Both the position numbers and the translations under genes were made by a program. The notes under the pieces were generated by a model. It made no database searches, had not been told where the DNA came from, and saw only the letters and a list, made by a program, of their open reading frames with translations. A DNA stretch of 64,000 bases, the filler included, from Circinaria calcarea (taxonomy: Eukaryota): NCBI GenBank assembly GCA_051942165.1. It is 16 parts of 16 records of this genome, joined end to end, with 100 filler letters (N's around TTAATTAATTAA, not from the genome) between each part and the next. Parts side by side here need not be neighbours in the genome. Positions count along the whole stretch, not along the records: positions 20,126 to 24,043 come from JAVECS010002555.1; positions 24,144 to 28,060 come from JAVECS010002556.1; positions 28,161 to 32,076 come from JAVECS010002557.1; positions 32,177 to 36,092 come from JAVECS010002558.1; 12 more parts are not named here. One strand, 5' to 3'. Positions 23,001-35,163 of the stretch are shown in pieces. Position 1 is the stretch's first letter. Each line of letters begins with the position of its first letter.

Positions 23001-24808
23001 AAGAAAAACTTAAGAGATCAACTTCCGTACAGGATCACACACCTAGCGAAAAGAGAAGAATTTACCGATCAGTTTAATTCAAAAAAGGGAAGATTTTTTG
23101 CATTGCAGATTCTCTATACCTGGAATGGGAGAAATCCCGCGGGACAGGTTAAAAGTGGGCAGAAGTCCAAAGATCCTTTTTTTTTTTAGGCTGGGTTTAA
23201 ATGGGATCAGACATGAGTACTTTCAAGAAAAGTTAGGGATATCGAGAGGAAAGATACAAGATGAGCTCTCCCAATGCTGATGTTTGAAAATAGGATGAGA
23301 AAGGGAAGTGGAATCGATTGAAGCGGTTACATAAGGTTGAAATAGAGCGCGGATATCATTGTTACCGGAAGTTTGTTGGAGAGATTAAAATTCTCATGTC
23401 AACTACTACCGGAGCTTTTAAACCACATAGAAGAGATGAATGGTTCCAATGAACGGTACTAAACATGTGTTCCCAGCATGACATTGTAATACTCCCTATG
23501 TACATCACGACCTACCTTGTAGATTACTTCCCTCCCACCAATACCCTAAGCTCAAAGTATCATGTAAGCTCCCATTTCACCAAGCCACCGCCCCGACCTT
23601 CAGCCTCTATCCACTCCTTCGACTCTTCCCCTTAGAACTCTATATGAAACCCACCCCCAATACCCGCAACCGCGTCATTGAGCCTCGTCACCAGCGCCCT
23701 TATCTCAGCCCTTCTCCGAAACCATTCCTCCGGTCCCATGCGCAAGAATCTTTGCCTGCGACGGTGCCGGTTTGTGTAGGAATGAAGACCGAGTTGGCTT
23801 TGACTGGTCGACAGGGTGGTAGAGACAGTGGCTTGGTTGTGGATGAGGGTGTGAGATTCGATGGGAGGCTCGAGAGTGGGAACTTTCATCGGTCGTGTGT
23901 GGAGTTTGCGGAGAGGAGGACGGACGAAGGCGGCGAGCTTCGAGAGCGAGGGTGGTTCTGGTCGAATCTCGTCTGGGATGCCAACGCGTAGGACGGGAGG
24001 AAGGGCGTTTGGGGCTGGGCTCCGGCCGCGGTAGATGAAGACANNNNNNNNNNNNNNNNNNNNNNNNNNNNNNNNNNNNNNNNNNNNTTAATTAATTAAN
24101 NNNNNNNNNNNNNNNNNNNNNNNNNNNNNNNNNNNNNNNNNNNAGCTATACGTGCATTCGCAAGTCACGGCCCATGAACGGGGAGGAATGGGGCACAAGG
24201 GGGAATTTTTGGATGAGACGTTTTCATGCTACGGCGCAAGATCGGCGTCGACTGTACCCGATGCACTTACATGTATAAGAAAACCTCGATATAAGAATAA
24301 CTGGCTGTAAGAATAACCTCCATATAACATCGACAATTCTAGGAACGGAGGTTGGCTAAGCCAAGGTAAACATCACCTTGACACAATTTTAACTGCTATT
24401 CGAGATTTTGACTTCCGGCACCGGGCATATTGTTATATCGAAGTTTACTGTATTCGGACACAATTTGCAATGCGGAGAAGATGAACCTTGTCAGACATGC
24501 ATACATTTGATTTTCTCACAACTCCAACTTAGATACCACGAACAACACTGATACCTTTCCCCGTCGGCGGGATGCAGAAGATGCAACGAATGTCCGTAGT
24601 CGTCCCCCTTGCTCGCCCCGTCACTCTATCTACCGTGCCTGCCAAATGCGATATCTCACCCCAAAACTGGATGCAACAAGGAAGCGAAAGAAGAAACGAA
24701 AATATTTACAAACCACCACAGGTCCCTCCTGCTCTATGTATATCTCGGCCCACTTTGTCGAGCTCAGCTCGGGTGTTATTGCTGCCTCAGCTTCCATCAA
24801 TATCAAAC

Positions 24809-27275
24809 CTATGTGGACTGGAAGAGAGCGACGGTGCTACAGAAGTTGTTGCGGTTATCTGCCTGCGGTACGGCTTCGTTTCCATTGACTGTGACCATAC
24901 TCGTGCTAGCTTTCGTGGCCAAGGCATAGATGAATACCTGACTGCTGCCATCCACGCCGACCATGTTCTGCTGGCAGCTCTCTGTGGTCAAGCAAGTCTG
25001 GCTGTAGTTTTCGAAGAAGCTGTACAGACCAGCACCGTAGACGTGGATCTTGGAGGAGTCAACGATACGGAGACCCCACGCCTTCCTGCATGCGTCGGTG
25101 GTGCACGAGCTAAAGTTCGGGTCGTTGAAATTAGCGTTGGGGGAAAAGGGCTGAAGAGCATTTGGGTTTGCCTGGAAGTAAGGAGTCTCGGTTTGGATAG
25201 TGCCCATGTATACATTGTGTGCTTTGGAGATTTGATAGTTGTACAGCTGGTGGTGCTCGGAACTAGTACCGTACAGCCAAACAGGACCCTGCTCAGCTTC
25301 AATCAAAACACCGCGACCGTTGTAGATGTTGATTTGGTTGTGGTCACCACGGTCGAGCTCGTGATCGGCAACCCAGAACCAGTTGTTCTCAAGATAGATG
25401 GATGCCGTCTTCGTTACACGTAAGAGTAAGAATGCGCCTACGCATCTGGTGTTTGCTGGAGCACTGACACTGGGGTTCTTCGAGCACGTGTCAGATTGTA
25501 ATAGAGTACCTGCAGAGCCTCCGATTCGCACGTGTACGTCCCACATGCCGGAAGAGGCTTGAGATGATGCACCAACGTTCCATTCGATCATAATCGCACC
25601 TGGCGCAGGACCCCTGGTCTCGAACATCAAATCGCTCATCTCTACAGCGCCGACATCGCCTGGCTGACCGACCTGGAAGACGGGCTTAGGGTTGTTAATA
25701 TCGGAGAAAGAGGATCCTTGTGCCATGATTAACGGCCAGATTTCTCCGGTGATCCTGATGTTCTTGGGCACCCTAACGGTGTTGGTGATGAGGTAAGCAC
25801 CGTGGTCAAAATACACAATCTGGCCGGTAGATGCCCTGTCGAAAATAGCTTGGATCGCAGCCGTATCATCAGTAACGCCATCTCCCCTTGCTCCGTTGTC
25901 TTTGACGCTGACGAATGCCGATGCTGGAACATTTTCGTATTGCGGTTTGGATCGTTCGGCAAAGTAACCCTGGCCGTTGAGCAAGTTGCCAGGCTTGGAT
26001 GGAGCTCTCATTGACCCTTGAACGGCAACCTGAGGAAGAGCGCGTTTTGTGATACTCCCACCAGTGGTGTATGCATGACCTTGTCCCCACGATTCGACCC
26101 TACCGCCTCCGTTAAGGATAACTCTGCCTGAGGGATCAGCGATCGCTTTGCTCGATCCGGAGAAGTCCACGTTATCGATTATCAGTGTTCCTCCTGTAGC
26201 TGGGTTATTGCCGTTGAGGGTGTGAGATGTTAGGATAGCAGTTGGAGTGTTGACGAATTTACTGTCCTGGACAATGATGGAGCCTACAGTCTGGGTGGAG
26301 CCGCCACCTGCCATGTTGATTCCGACACCGCAGTTGTTGATGCTGAGAGACTTGAAGGTCCAGACCCAGTTCCAGTTCATGTAAATGGCCGTATTCACGT
26401 TATTGAAGACCAAGTTTCGCGAGGTGAATTGCTGGTTGCCAAAGAATGCACCGTAATTACCTCCGTTGAAGGTGAGGTCGCTCATCCAGCCTCCAGAACC
26501 GTTGTCCATGAAGATACCCTGCTGATTGTTTCCGCTGCCGCCTCTAACCATCTCAAATCGAATGTTTTGTAGACTCGTGGCCTATGAATGAGTTACGGTG
26601 AGAAATGCAGGTAATAGTGGGGGATGCCTACCTGAGCAACTTGCCAATGAAGACCAGTACCAGTGTTGGCGGGCAACGCTGTCAAATCGATGACAAAGTT
26701 GCGAATCTGACGGAAGAAGTTATTCTGGTTGGTGTACCAGTTAAAGCCACCACTTGTGTAGGGGTCCGAGTCGAGCACGGCGATACCTGAGAATCCAGGC
26801 ATGGCCTTGATGGTGGGATTTGAGATGGCATCTCCAATGAGTTGTGTGTAGTAGTATTGGATGATCGGCGCCTTGACCATGTATGTTCCCGGAGGGAAGT
26901 AGACGATGGCTGGAGTGATTGTTGTTGAGTCACAACCCAGTCCGCAACGAGCACCGGAGCTGATGGCGTTGTTAATGGCGGCTGTGTCGTCGGTGACTCC
27001 ATCTCTAGGCGCAGAAAATCAGCATACTCGTGACTGTTGCATGAACAAGGAGATACATACCCTTTAGCACCAAAATCCTGGACGTTGCGGAAGATCTGGA
27101 AGTTTGGGTCTCCGTAAGCAGCCTTGCCTTGTTTCTTGATATTCGCAACCCAGTAGTTTGACGGTGTACCCGCAGGAGCTTGAGGCGCTGGCGCCGCCCC
27201 AACCAGTGAGGTCGGTGCTACTAGGAGCAAAAGCCTTAGCGCTATGGAGAGCGCAATAGTAGAAAAGGCGAGCAT
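24809..27275 (-). CDS. Secreted GH55 exo-beta-1,3-glucanase (two beta-helix/pectate-lyase-3 domains)
   Basis: Signal peptide; FRNVQDFGAKG|DGVTDDTAAIN, YFPPGTY, NQNNFFRQIRNF, HWQVAQ|ATSLQN, GNQQFT, second GARGDGVTDDT repeat, WVADH, SEHHQLYNYQ, IQTETPYFQ; introns 27005-27060 and 26582-26631. Confidence 0.95.
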
Positions 27276-28723
27276 GGCGATATGTTATCTCCTCCGAGGA
27301 TGTCGAGATCAACGATGGTGATGGTGATGCTGAAGATCAGAATGTGTCAGTGTACCAGCACTGCTAGATTCAGGATGCCCAAAGAAAGGTAAGGAGCGTG
27401 GTGGACAAGGTTTTTGTGGTGCAGACGATATAATGAGGGATGATTTTTTGATGGGGAATCGAAGAGCAGTTGCTAGATCAGTCCGGAGGGCCGTAGCGTG
27501 AATGTAAACATGCGACGGTGACTCGACCGTATTGAGAAAGAGTGAAGAAAGTGGAAGGAACGTTATCGTAGACGCCACAATATGAACATTCAAGGCTACA
27601 ATGGCCAGGTAAGGTTGAGGCCGAAACAGTCAAGAAAAGAGGGGGGATGGTGTGGTCTTATTGTAGGAGGAGGCGTGGATGACTTGGAGGGAGAAACGGT
27701 GAACAGATAGGGGGTGACAATAGGCTCACCTCACTTTAGAATCAGGATCAGGGAGGGGATTGTCTCAGACAAGACTCTCGGACATTTGGATGCGTTCTGA
27801 TTCGATACTAATGGGGAGGACTGGTCCTTGTACAGAGACCTCTTCTCCGGCGGCTCTCCCTCCTGATATATATATTCATTTCCTCCAGCATGCCTTTGCC
27901 AAACTGCCATCGCCTTCCCCCGCCGGTCTATTGGTAGTGTCCTCGAGAGATCTCCCGGCCTGGTACTCTACCCCTCTTTCTTCTGCACCCAGCACTGCTT
28001 TTGCCTGTTCTTTTTGCCTATGCATGTATCCATGCCTCATGCCCATGACCATGACCCGTANNNNNNNNNNNNNNNNNNNNNNNNNNNNNNNNNNNNNNNN
28101 NNNNTTAATTAATTAANNNNNNNNNNNNNNNNNNNNNNNNNNNNNNNNNNNNNNNNNNNNGAATCTCTCATGGAGGGCTTGACAAGACCTTCCCAAGGTA
28201 AGGAGCCATGCACAGCAGCGCTTGATCCATGTTTCTTGCTTGCGCATTAGTGACAGCCACTACAGAACTTAATTGCTGCCACCAGGAACATACCGTCCAA
28301 GACGGGGGGACGTTAACAGCGATGGTAAACCTCACTCCTGCCGACTGCTTTTTCAACCCCCAGGAGTTTCTACAGCATCATCTCACACCCTGCACGCACT
28401 CGGAACTGGGTTTCAGCTCTCAATCAGTATCGCCTCGCGCCATCGACCCACAGCATCCAGAGATAGGGCGTTGAAGTGGGGAGGAAGGATCCGCATGCAG
28501 ATTCACGGAACCGCGAAAAGCACTTGTCGCATTCGAGATTCCTTTCTCGTATACTGTTCAACATCACCAATCCGACATCTATTGAGGATCTCCCTCCACA
28601 TCGGTTTCGAGTTATTACATATTCGATGCTTGAAAACTGCGGGGGACTATAATATTCCGAACCTCGAGCTTTCTTGAGGGAGATTGGGGGGAGGGCGAAT
28701 AAGAAAGGTTAGGTGATACCAAA

Positions 28724-30997
28724 ATGCCGTCAGTAAAGGCATTACTCGAAGATGCTTCCGTACTCGATCCTCTACAGGCCTTGGTCAAGCGGGTAAATGT
28801 CACCATCACCCGCAGCAGCCCAGCAGATCTTATTGCTGCAAGCAAACAAGACCCATGGTTAAAGGCCGGCAAATACTCGCTGGGTTGGGTTTATTTTTCG
28901 ATCATCCTCTTGCTAATTACATGTACCATACGACTTTACCATATGTGGACGGACAAGATTAGGAGGGCGCTTTACAAGGAAGAAATTGCAAAGTCTTCCA
29001 AGACTTCGTCACCGGAGAGTGATCATGAGATGGTCAATCTAGGTACCAGCAACTCGACAGTCAGGTTCTTCCCCCGCGATGGCGCTCTACCCCAAGAATC
29101 CGTCGTGGAATCGTCAATGTCTTCAATAGCTCCCATCAACAATGGTATAGCTATGCTGAGGTGGCTTTTTTACCGACCTTTGCCTACATTACGATACCGC
29201 AAGCGTGAATTTAGTCTTCCATCTCCTGGCGTCGTTGTGGTTGTGTTTGCGGCTCTGGTCTTTGTGATACTCTACTCTCTCCTCCCTCGACCGCTGTACT
29301 ACGCTACCATCAGATTTGGATCACCTCCGTTGGCGATCCGGGCAGGAATGATTGCTGTTGCAATGATGCCATGGATCGTCGCACTTAGTATGAAAGCCAA
29401 CATGATAACCTTGCTAACAGGTATTGGCCATGAGAGGTTGAATGTCTTGCATCGATGGGGAGGATATCTATGCCTACTACTTAGTCTCATCCATACAGTA
29501 CCGTTCTACGTTGCCCCGCTATGGGATCAAGGGGCGCTGGCGGTGTTCAAAAGCTACTTCGCCGGTCAATTCTACGTTTATGGCACAGGCATAGCAGCGC
29601 TTGTGCCTTTGATATTCCTTTGTATACACTCACTCCCGTTTCTTCGGTCATACGTGTACGAACTATTTGTGTTCTTACACGTACCTACATCTATAGTCTT
29701 CCTTGGTATGCTGTTTTGGCATTGTCACAACTATTTGACGTCGTGGCACTACCTCTGGGCAACATGCGCAATCTGGCTAGTCTCTTATTGCTCCCGACTC
29801 TTCTATCTCAACTGGACGAATCCTTGGCGCAATTCGTGGTTAATTGGTGAAGAAGCCGCAATTACTCTTCTACCTGAGAATGCGGTAAAAGTCACAATTC
29901 CAACTCAGATGAAATGGCGACCAGGACAGTATGTGTATTTACGAATGCCAGGCATCTCAATTTTCGAAAATCACCCATTCACTATTGCATCGTTATGCAG
30001 CAATGACTTTCCATCCGAATATGGCGAACAGTATCGGGATATGATTCTGGTATTCAGGCCTTTCGGTGGGTTCACTAGAAAAGTCGTCAATGCTGCACTA
30101 GAAAATGGCCTGGAGCATACTTACCGTGCATTCATTGACGGACCCTATGGTGGCATGCAGCGAGAGCCCGCGGCCTTCGATACTGTCATACTGCTCGCTG
30201 GAGGTAGTGGCATTACCGCCATCGTCAGCCAGCTACTGGATTTAATCAAGCGTATGAGGGACGGAAGAGCCGTTACCAAGCAGGTACAAGTCGTGTGGGC
30301 GTTGAAACGTCCAGAGACGATGGAGTGGTTCAAGGAAGAACTTCGCATCTGCCGTCAATACGCACCCCCCGAGACGGTCCATTGTCAGTTCTTCATTACT
30401 GCCGCCAAACGACACGACGCGACCGTAGCCCAGCCTGACGCTCCTCAACGCCCTGTCAGTCATCTTTTCCACGAGAAGATTAACGATGCTTTCCAAGGGA
30501 TCGCCAGCAAAAGGAATTCGGCTCTTATTCGGGACGCAGCCGCAGGAGACCCTGAGAAGGAGAAGGAACTCCGTCGAGAAAACGAAGATGAGATTGCAGC
30601 TCTTCCCTATGCCTACCCTGCCCCGCCAAAAGCCGCACAGAAACGGCAGAAGCCAACTTTCAAGCTCCAGATACCGGCGCCTGACCCAAGCAGTAACTTT
30701 GACTTTGGATTCCCCTCTACTCCCACGATGCTACAAAAGAACCTAATGCGGTTTGCCTTTCTGCCGTCTATGGCAACCAAGAAAGTTGGCTGGCGAACAG
30801 AGTATGGGCGGCCGGACATCCCGTTCATGTTGAGAGGATTTCAACGGGAGTTTGGCAAACGGACTTGTGTCTTTGTATGCGGACCGCCAAGTATGAGATT
30901 AGACGTCCAAAGATGCGTGGCAAGGATGCAGAGACAAGTTCTGAATGACTCTGGCATCGACGAGATCTTCTTGCATACCGAAAACTATGCAATTTAG
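28724..30997 (+). CDS. Ferric/cupric reductase transmembrane component (FRE/NOX superfamily), single exon
   Basis: Heme-ligand His pairs (LHRWGG..IHTV; LHVP..FWHC), HPFTI (FAD), GPYG and AGGSGIT (NADPH), VCGP, terminal HTENY. Confidence 0.95.
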   Translation: MPSVKALLEDASVLDPLQALVKRVNVTITRSSPADLIAASKQDPWLKAGKYSLGWVYFSIILLLITCTIRLYHMWTDKIRRALYKEEIAKSSKTSSPESDHEMVNLGTSNSTVRFFPRDGALPQESVVESSMSSIAPINNGIAMLRWLFYRPLPTLRYRKREFSLPSPGVVVVVFAALVFVILYSLLPRPLYYATIRFGSPPLAIRAGMIAVAMMPWIVALSMKANMITLLTGIGHERLNVLHRWGGYLCLLLSLIHTVPFYVAPLWDQGALAVFKSYFAGQFYVYGTGIAALVPLIFLCIHSLPFLRSYVYELFVFLHVPTSIVFLGMLFWHCHNYLTSWHYLWATCAIWLVSYCSRLFYLNWTNPWRNSWLIGEEAAITLLPENAVKVTIPTQMKWRPGQYVYLRMPGISIFENHPFTIASLCSNDFPSEYGEQYRDMILVFRPFGGFTRKVVNAALENGLEHTYRAFIDGPYGGMQREPAAFDTVILLAGGSGITAIVSQLLDLIKRMRDGRAVTKQVQVVWALKRPETMEWFKEELRICRQYAPPETVHCQFFITAAKRHDATVAQPDAPQRPVSHLFHEKINDAFQGIASKRNSALIRDAAAGDPEKEKELRRENEDEIAALPYAYPAPPKAAQKRQKPTFKLQIPAPDPSSNFDFGFPSTPTMLQKNLMRFAFLPSMATKKVGWRTEYGRPDIPFMLRGFQREFGKRTCVFVCGPPSMRLDVQRCVARMQRQVLNDSGIDEIFLHTENYAI

Positions 30998-31530
30998 AGG
31001 CTTGGAATGGAATATATATACTCCTCTCGTCTGTTTATATCAGGTGTACACTGTTCAGAAAACTATCGCCGCATGTGAGGGTGGCGTTGTATATTAACTA
31101 GGAGGATACCCTTGACGCATCTGGCTAGACTCATTGCAAGATATATGTTCCGCAATAAGATCTTTAAACCATTCAACATCAATATAGATGATCTTTCAGG
31201 CTGAACTTATGGTGGCCGTTAATGGTGTGAATTATTTCACGGTCCTAAATCTCTGCGTCGCATTCTCTTGATTTCTTCACTTATATTTGGGCAGTATCCT
31301 GTGCGGGAATTCAAAGATATCTAATCAGTCATGAGGGTATTGTATACCCACGCGCTTGGTTTGGAATCATGAAAGGACTCATTTGTTATCAGCTTGGTCA
31401 TATTATATGAACTCATCTGCTCACTGCCCTTGGCAGCAATATATGACTGAAGACACTATACTTTCTTTCTGATTGCATTATGCTTTATTGCCAACCCCTT
31501 GTCATCCTTTGTTCTCGCCGGTATAAGTAT

Positions 31531-32076
31531 ATGAGTAGCCCTTCGACTTCATCTGTGCCTTTGTTACTCGACTACTCTGACCCTGCAACCTATAGGACTC
31601 CCGTCATGGCAGACAACGGACCTGAAATTGATCCTATGGAACTCTGTGACCCTGCTGATGATCCTCTCTGTAGCGCATATAACACCACCGTCGACTTCGA
31701 CGACCCCTTCGATATTCGGGACTGGATACGTCTCGGCTGTCTGGAAGATCCTCAAGTACGGCCAAACAACTTGACGGGTCCCATCCATAAAATTATGGAC
31801 TTGCCCAATTGGAAAAATATGTTACCGAAAGATGCCCAAGAGTCCATGAAGCCAGCTCTCCGCCTCGCAACCGCCCTGCTGCTGAGCCAGCCGAGCCTTG
31901 CTTTTGTAGATGCCCTTATATTCGAGTACCGCCCGCCCGCCGGCCGACGGGGTGACCGTGACCTCTACGTCCTGCCGGGCCCTTCCCCCTATTCGAAGAA
32001 ACTCCGGGTCGAGCTCGAGAACTTTTTCACCGAGCTCACCGAATACGTTACCTTCCGCTTTCTCGGCTACGACTCG
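31531..32076 (+). CDS. Hypothetical protein, 5' part (cut by contig end)
   Basis: Open frame to the contig edge with NLTGPIHKI...NW...MKPALRLATALL, a pattern I associate with a fungal hypothetical family; start uncertain (31480, 31531 region or 31606). Confidence 0.55.
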
Positions 32077-32176
32077 NNNNNNNNNNNNNNNNNNNNNNNN
32101 NNNNNNNNNNNNNNNNNNNNTTAATTAATTAANNNNNNNNNNNNNNNNNNNNNNNNNNNNNNNNNNNNNNNNNNNN

Positions 32177-33034
32177 CTTGTCACCACACCGGCCGCATAC
32201 CTTCTCTTCTATCGTCGCCGCTCTCCCAGAATTCTTGGCGGTCCTTTTTTCGAAGAGACCCTTCAGGCTGTATATGGTACGCCATCGACAGAGGCGCCTT
32301 CGCATTCGACGTCGCGAACGAGTTCACCGGCGGGGGAAGGCAAGCGCCTCGGCGGCTTCTCCCACAATGGGTCGTCGAGCGCTTTACAAGGAGTCGGAGC
32401 AGTTCACCAAGTGGGAAATGGTGGTCATTCGGGCGGGATGTTGATGGGGCCGAGGACAGAAAATGATTGTCACGATCCTCCACAATATTCGCAGCCTCTC
32501 CCTGAGGGAGAGCTGACTTTGGAGACAATCGAAAGCATGGAGATTGACGGCTCAAACAGCGAGAATCGCCAGCTGCGGGGTCACCGTATATCTGAGGCCA
32601 TTGACGAGAGCTGGGGTTTTGGGAGACTGGAGGATATCGAAAATGGTCAGCCACGTAGCGACGGTAGTGACAACGGCGATACCGTTCAGCGCCCTGTCAG
32701 TACAAAGGCGCCGCCAGGGAGCGAGGGCGACGTGGAGGAAGACTTGTTTGATGGAGCGAGCACCAAGGCCATATCGAGCACCGGAGCCAGTGTGGATGGC
32801 GAGCCAAGGCTGTTGACTGATTTTGACGATTCAGACTGGCCGCCCGCTCCGGAGCAATTCGGAACACCCGCAGGTGGAGATGAAGGCCATCACACCGGAA
32901 ACAGTTTTGGCGAAGACCCGCCAGGGATCATGATAGGGGAGCCGGGAGCATCGCATGCGGATGTGGATGCGGATGCAAACTGGGCAGGGAAAGACGAAGC
33001 CAAGGGGGACGGAGAGATCTTCAGGATGGACTGA
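32177..33034 (+). CDS. C-terminus of a ubiquitin-specific protease (Ubp12/USP4-15-like); 5' part missing
   Basis: LVTTPAAYLLFYRRRSPRILGGPFF (end of the USP domain) in frame with the acidic, disordered tail ORF 32411-33034. Confidence 0.85.
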   Translation, partial: LVTTPAAYLLFYRRRSPRILGGPFFEETLQAVYGTPSTEAPSHSTSRTSSPAGEGKRLGGFSHNGSSSALQGVGAVHQVGNGGHSGGMLMGPRTENDCHDPPQYSQPLPEGELTLETIESMEIDGSNSENRQLRGHRISEAIDESWGFGRLEDIENGQPRSDGSDNGDTVQRPVSTKAPPGSEGDVEEDLFDGASTKAISSTGASVDGEPRLLTDFDDSDWPPAPEQFGTPAGGDEGHHTGNSFGEDPPGIMIGEPGASHADVDADANWAGKDEAKGDGEIFRMD

Positions 33035-33740
33035 CAGCGGTTGACGAAGTGAAATGTATTGTACAGGGATTCGCGCCGGCATTCTCTCTGTGTCGTGGTG
33101 GCCGCAATGTTTTGCACAACGGTGCTGGCCGGAGCTTGTGGAAGTCTGCGCGCGAGATGCATGGACAGTGAGACATGTCCCGACAGAGCATGCGTCTGAT
33201 TGTCGTGCGTATTAGTATATTAAGGTTGTGTTCAGTACGGTGATCAATTATGCACTGCTGCTCTCTCCTGGAACACGGTGATGGCATCAACAAGCCTGAC
33301 CCACTTGTCGGCCAAGACAGCCGGCCGCATGCAGATCCATACTGTAGTCCTTCCCCCCCGACCTGAGCCCCGCCATGCATGTTCCGCTGAACCGACTAGG
33401 GTCTCCTACCCAATCATTATAACTTTCGAGGCTCTCGGGCTAGGCCTTAAATAGGCAGAGGGGCATGGTGCGGGAAGGGGAATTCTAGAACAAGATGTGT
33501 CTTTGCTGCATGCGGATCACTGTTCTATTCTACATCTGACGTTTGACAGCCCCCACCCCCAGACGATCCTGGAGACTCGAGATGATTCAGCGGCACTCAC
33601 GCATTCGTCTTCATGATTGATGCCGTCGAGATTTCGTTCGGCCGACCCTAGCTGTATGGTACGGGGCCGCGAGTGGTAGCATCTCCTTGCTTCGCTGTCG
33701 AGAAAGCTGTACACTGCCCGGGGCAGACCATTGGCACGTC

Positions 33741-35163
33741 ATGGAAGACCGGATGACTATGGCAAGCGCTAATCTCCACGGTCCAACTTCGCTGCCACAC
33801 AATGGGGTCCCCTTTGTCGAGGCATTGGACAGAAAGCGCAAGTCGGTGGAATTGGAGATTTTGCAATTCAAGGCATTGAAAGAAGAGGAGTTCAGAGACT
33901 ACGAACGGAAACTACAGCTCGCCCACACACAGGACAGAGGGAAGCCAGTGCTCAACCCGCCACGCACTGATGAAAATACAGCGCCAGGCTCAGGCTCAGG
34001 CTCAGGCTCAGGCACTTCGGGCGGTGGTATCGGGCTCATCCAAGGTGCGATCAATGGAAATCAGGTGGCCAGCCCGGGCAATGGCTTTGTAGAGCATCAG
34101 CACGATCAATTGAGAAAAACCAATGGGGGACTATCCGAGACAAGGGATAAGGGGGATCTCGACGTAGAAACTCATCAGCAAGGCCCACGAAGCCCAAAGC
34201 CGGCTTTCCAACGAAAGCTCGAATTTCGGGACAGGTTCACCCCAAATTACTTACCATTGTTAGATATTCGGCCACGACGTTCACCTTTCTCGTCCTCCAC
34301 TCCCCAAGAACCAGGTCTACCCAGCCACGCTCGCGCAACCGATACCCAGCTCTCTTCATCTGCTACTCTTCCTGCCATATCCTTCATTTCTCTAAACTCA
34401 CCGCCGCGAAATGGCTCCCTATCTGCCAGTGTACCTCGACCCACCGTTCTTCAAGGCCGTCGCCCGTCTTCTCGTTCTGATATGTCAATCACAAGCCTCC
34501 GGAGTAGTCTGCGGCAGCCCAAAACCCCAAAATCACCGAAGCACGTCCTTTTTTCCATTGATAACCTCGTGCTATCCCCGAGTACATCACCCGTCCTTCA
34601 AAGAAAGGGTGCGGTACCCCCTATACCGTTCTCAGGTTTATTCAATATGCCAAAGGGAGCCAAGCAAGCTATCGTCACGGATGACACCGATGATAATGCA
34701 CCAGATGCCGAAGATGCTACCCGTGGCATCTCAGAACAAATTGAAGACATTGGAGTTTCTTCAAACCTTTTCAATGCTGGATTCACCAAACCTCAAACCA
34801 AAGGTCTAGCGAGCCCGGGGGCATCGCCTTCCTCGGCTTTATCTTATCACCGGTTCGTTGAGCCTGTTGATTTGACTTACAACACAGGTGAAGATGACCT
34901 CGAGCAGGTTGGGCGTGACGATGATGCTTTGTTCTCATTTGACGAGGATATCGATTTAGAGGACTTGAGTGATGCAGGGGATAAAAAGGTGAGCTTTATA
35001 AACTCTAGTTGGTCTGAAGGGTTTATGCCAATCGATGTTTTAGGAGGCCGATGAAGTAGATATGGATAGTTCCAGGGCTGAGACGATACCTACAAGTTCA
35101 CCTCATGCTGGGAGCTTACCCATTGAAATTAAATGGCCCGCGAGGAAAGATCCTAGGCATTGA
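33741..35163 (+). CDS. Hypothetical largely disordered protein with N-terminal coiled coil
   Basis: Long ORF (LDRKRKSVELEILQFKALKEEEFRDYERKL; FTPNYLPLLD; SLRSSLRQPK..KSPKHVLF; LFSFDEDI), GT-AG intron ~34989-35043, last exon ...AGSLPIEIKWPARKDPRH*. Confidence 0.75.

Noticed and set aside
24572..25423. 283-aa plus-strand ORF
   Set aside because: Antisense shadow of the GH55 coding sequence
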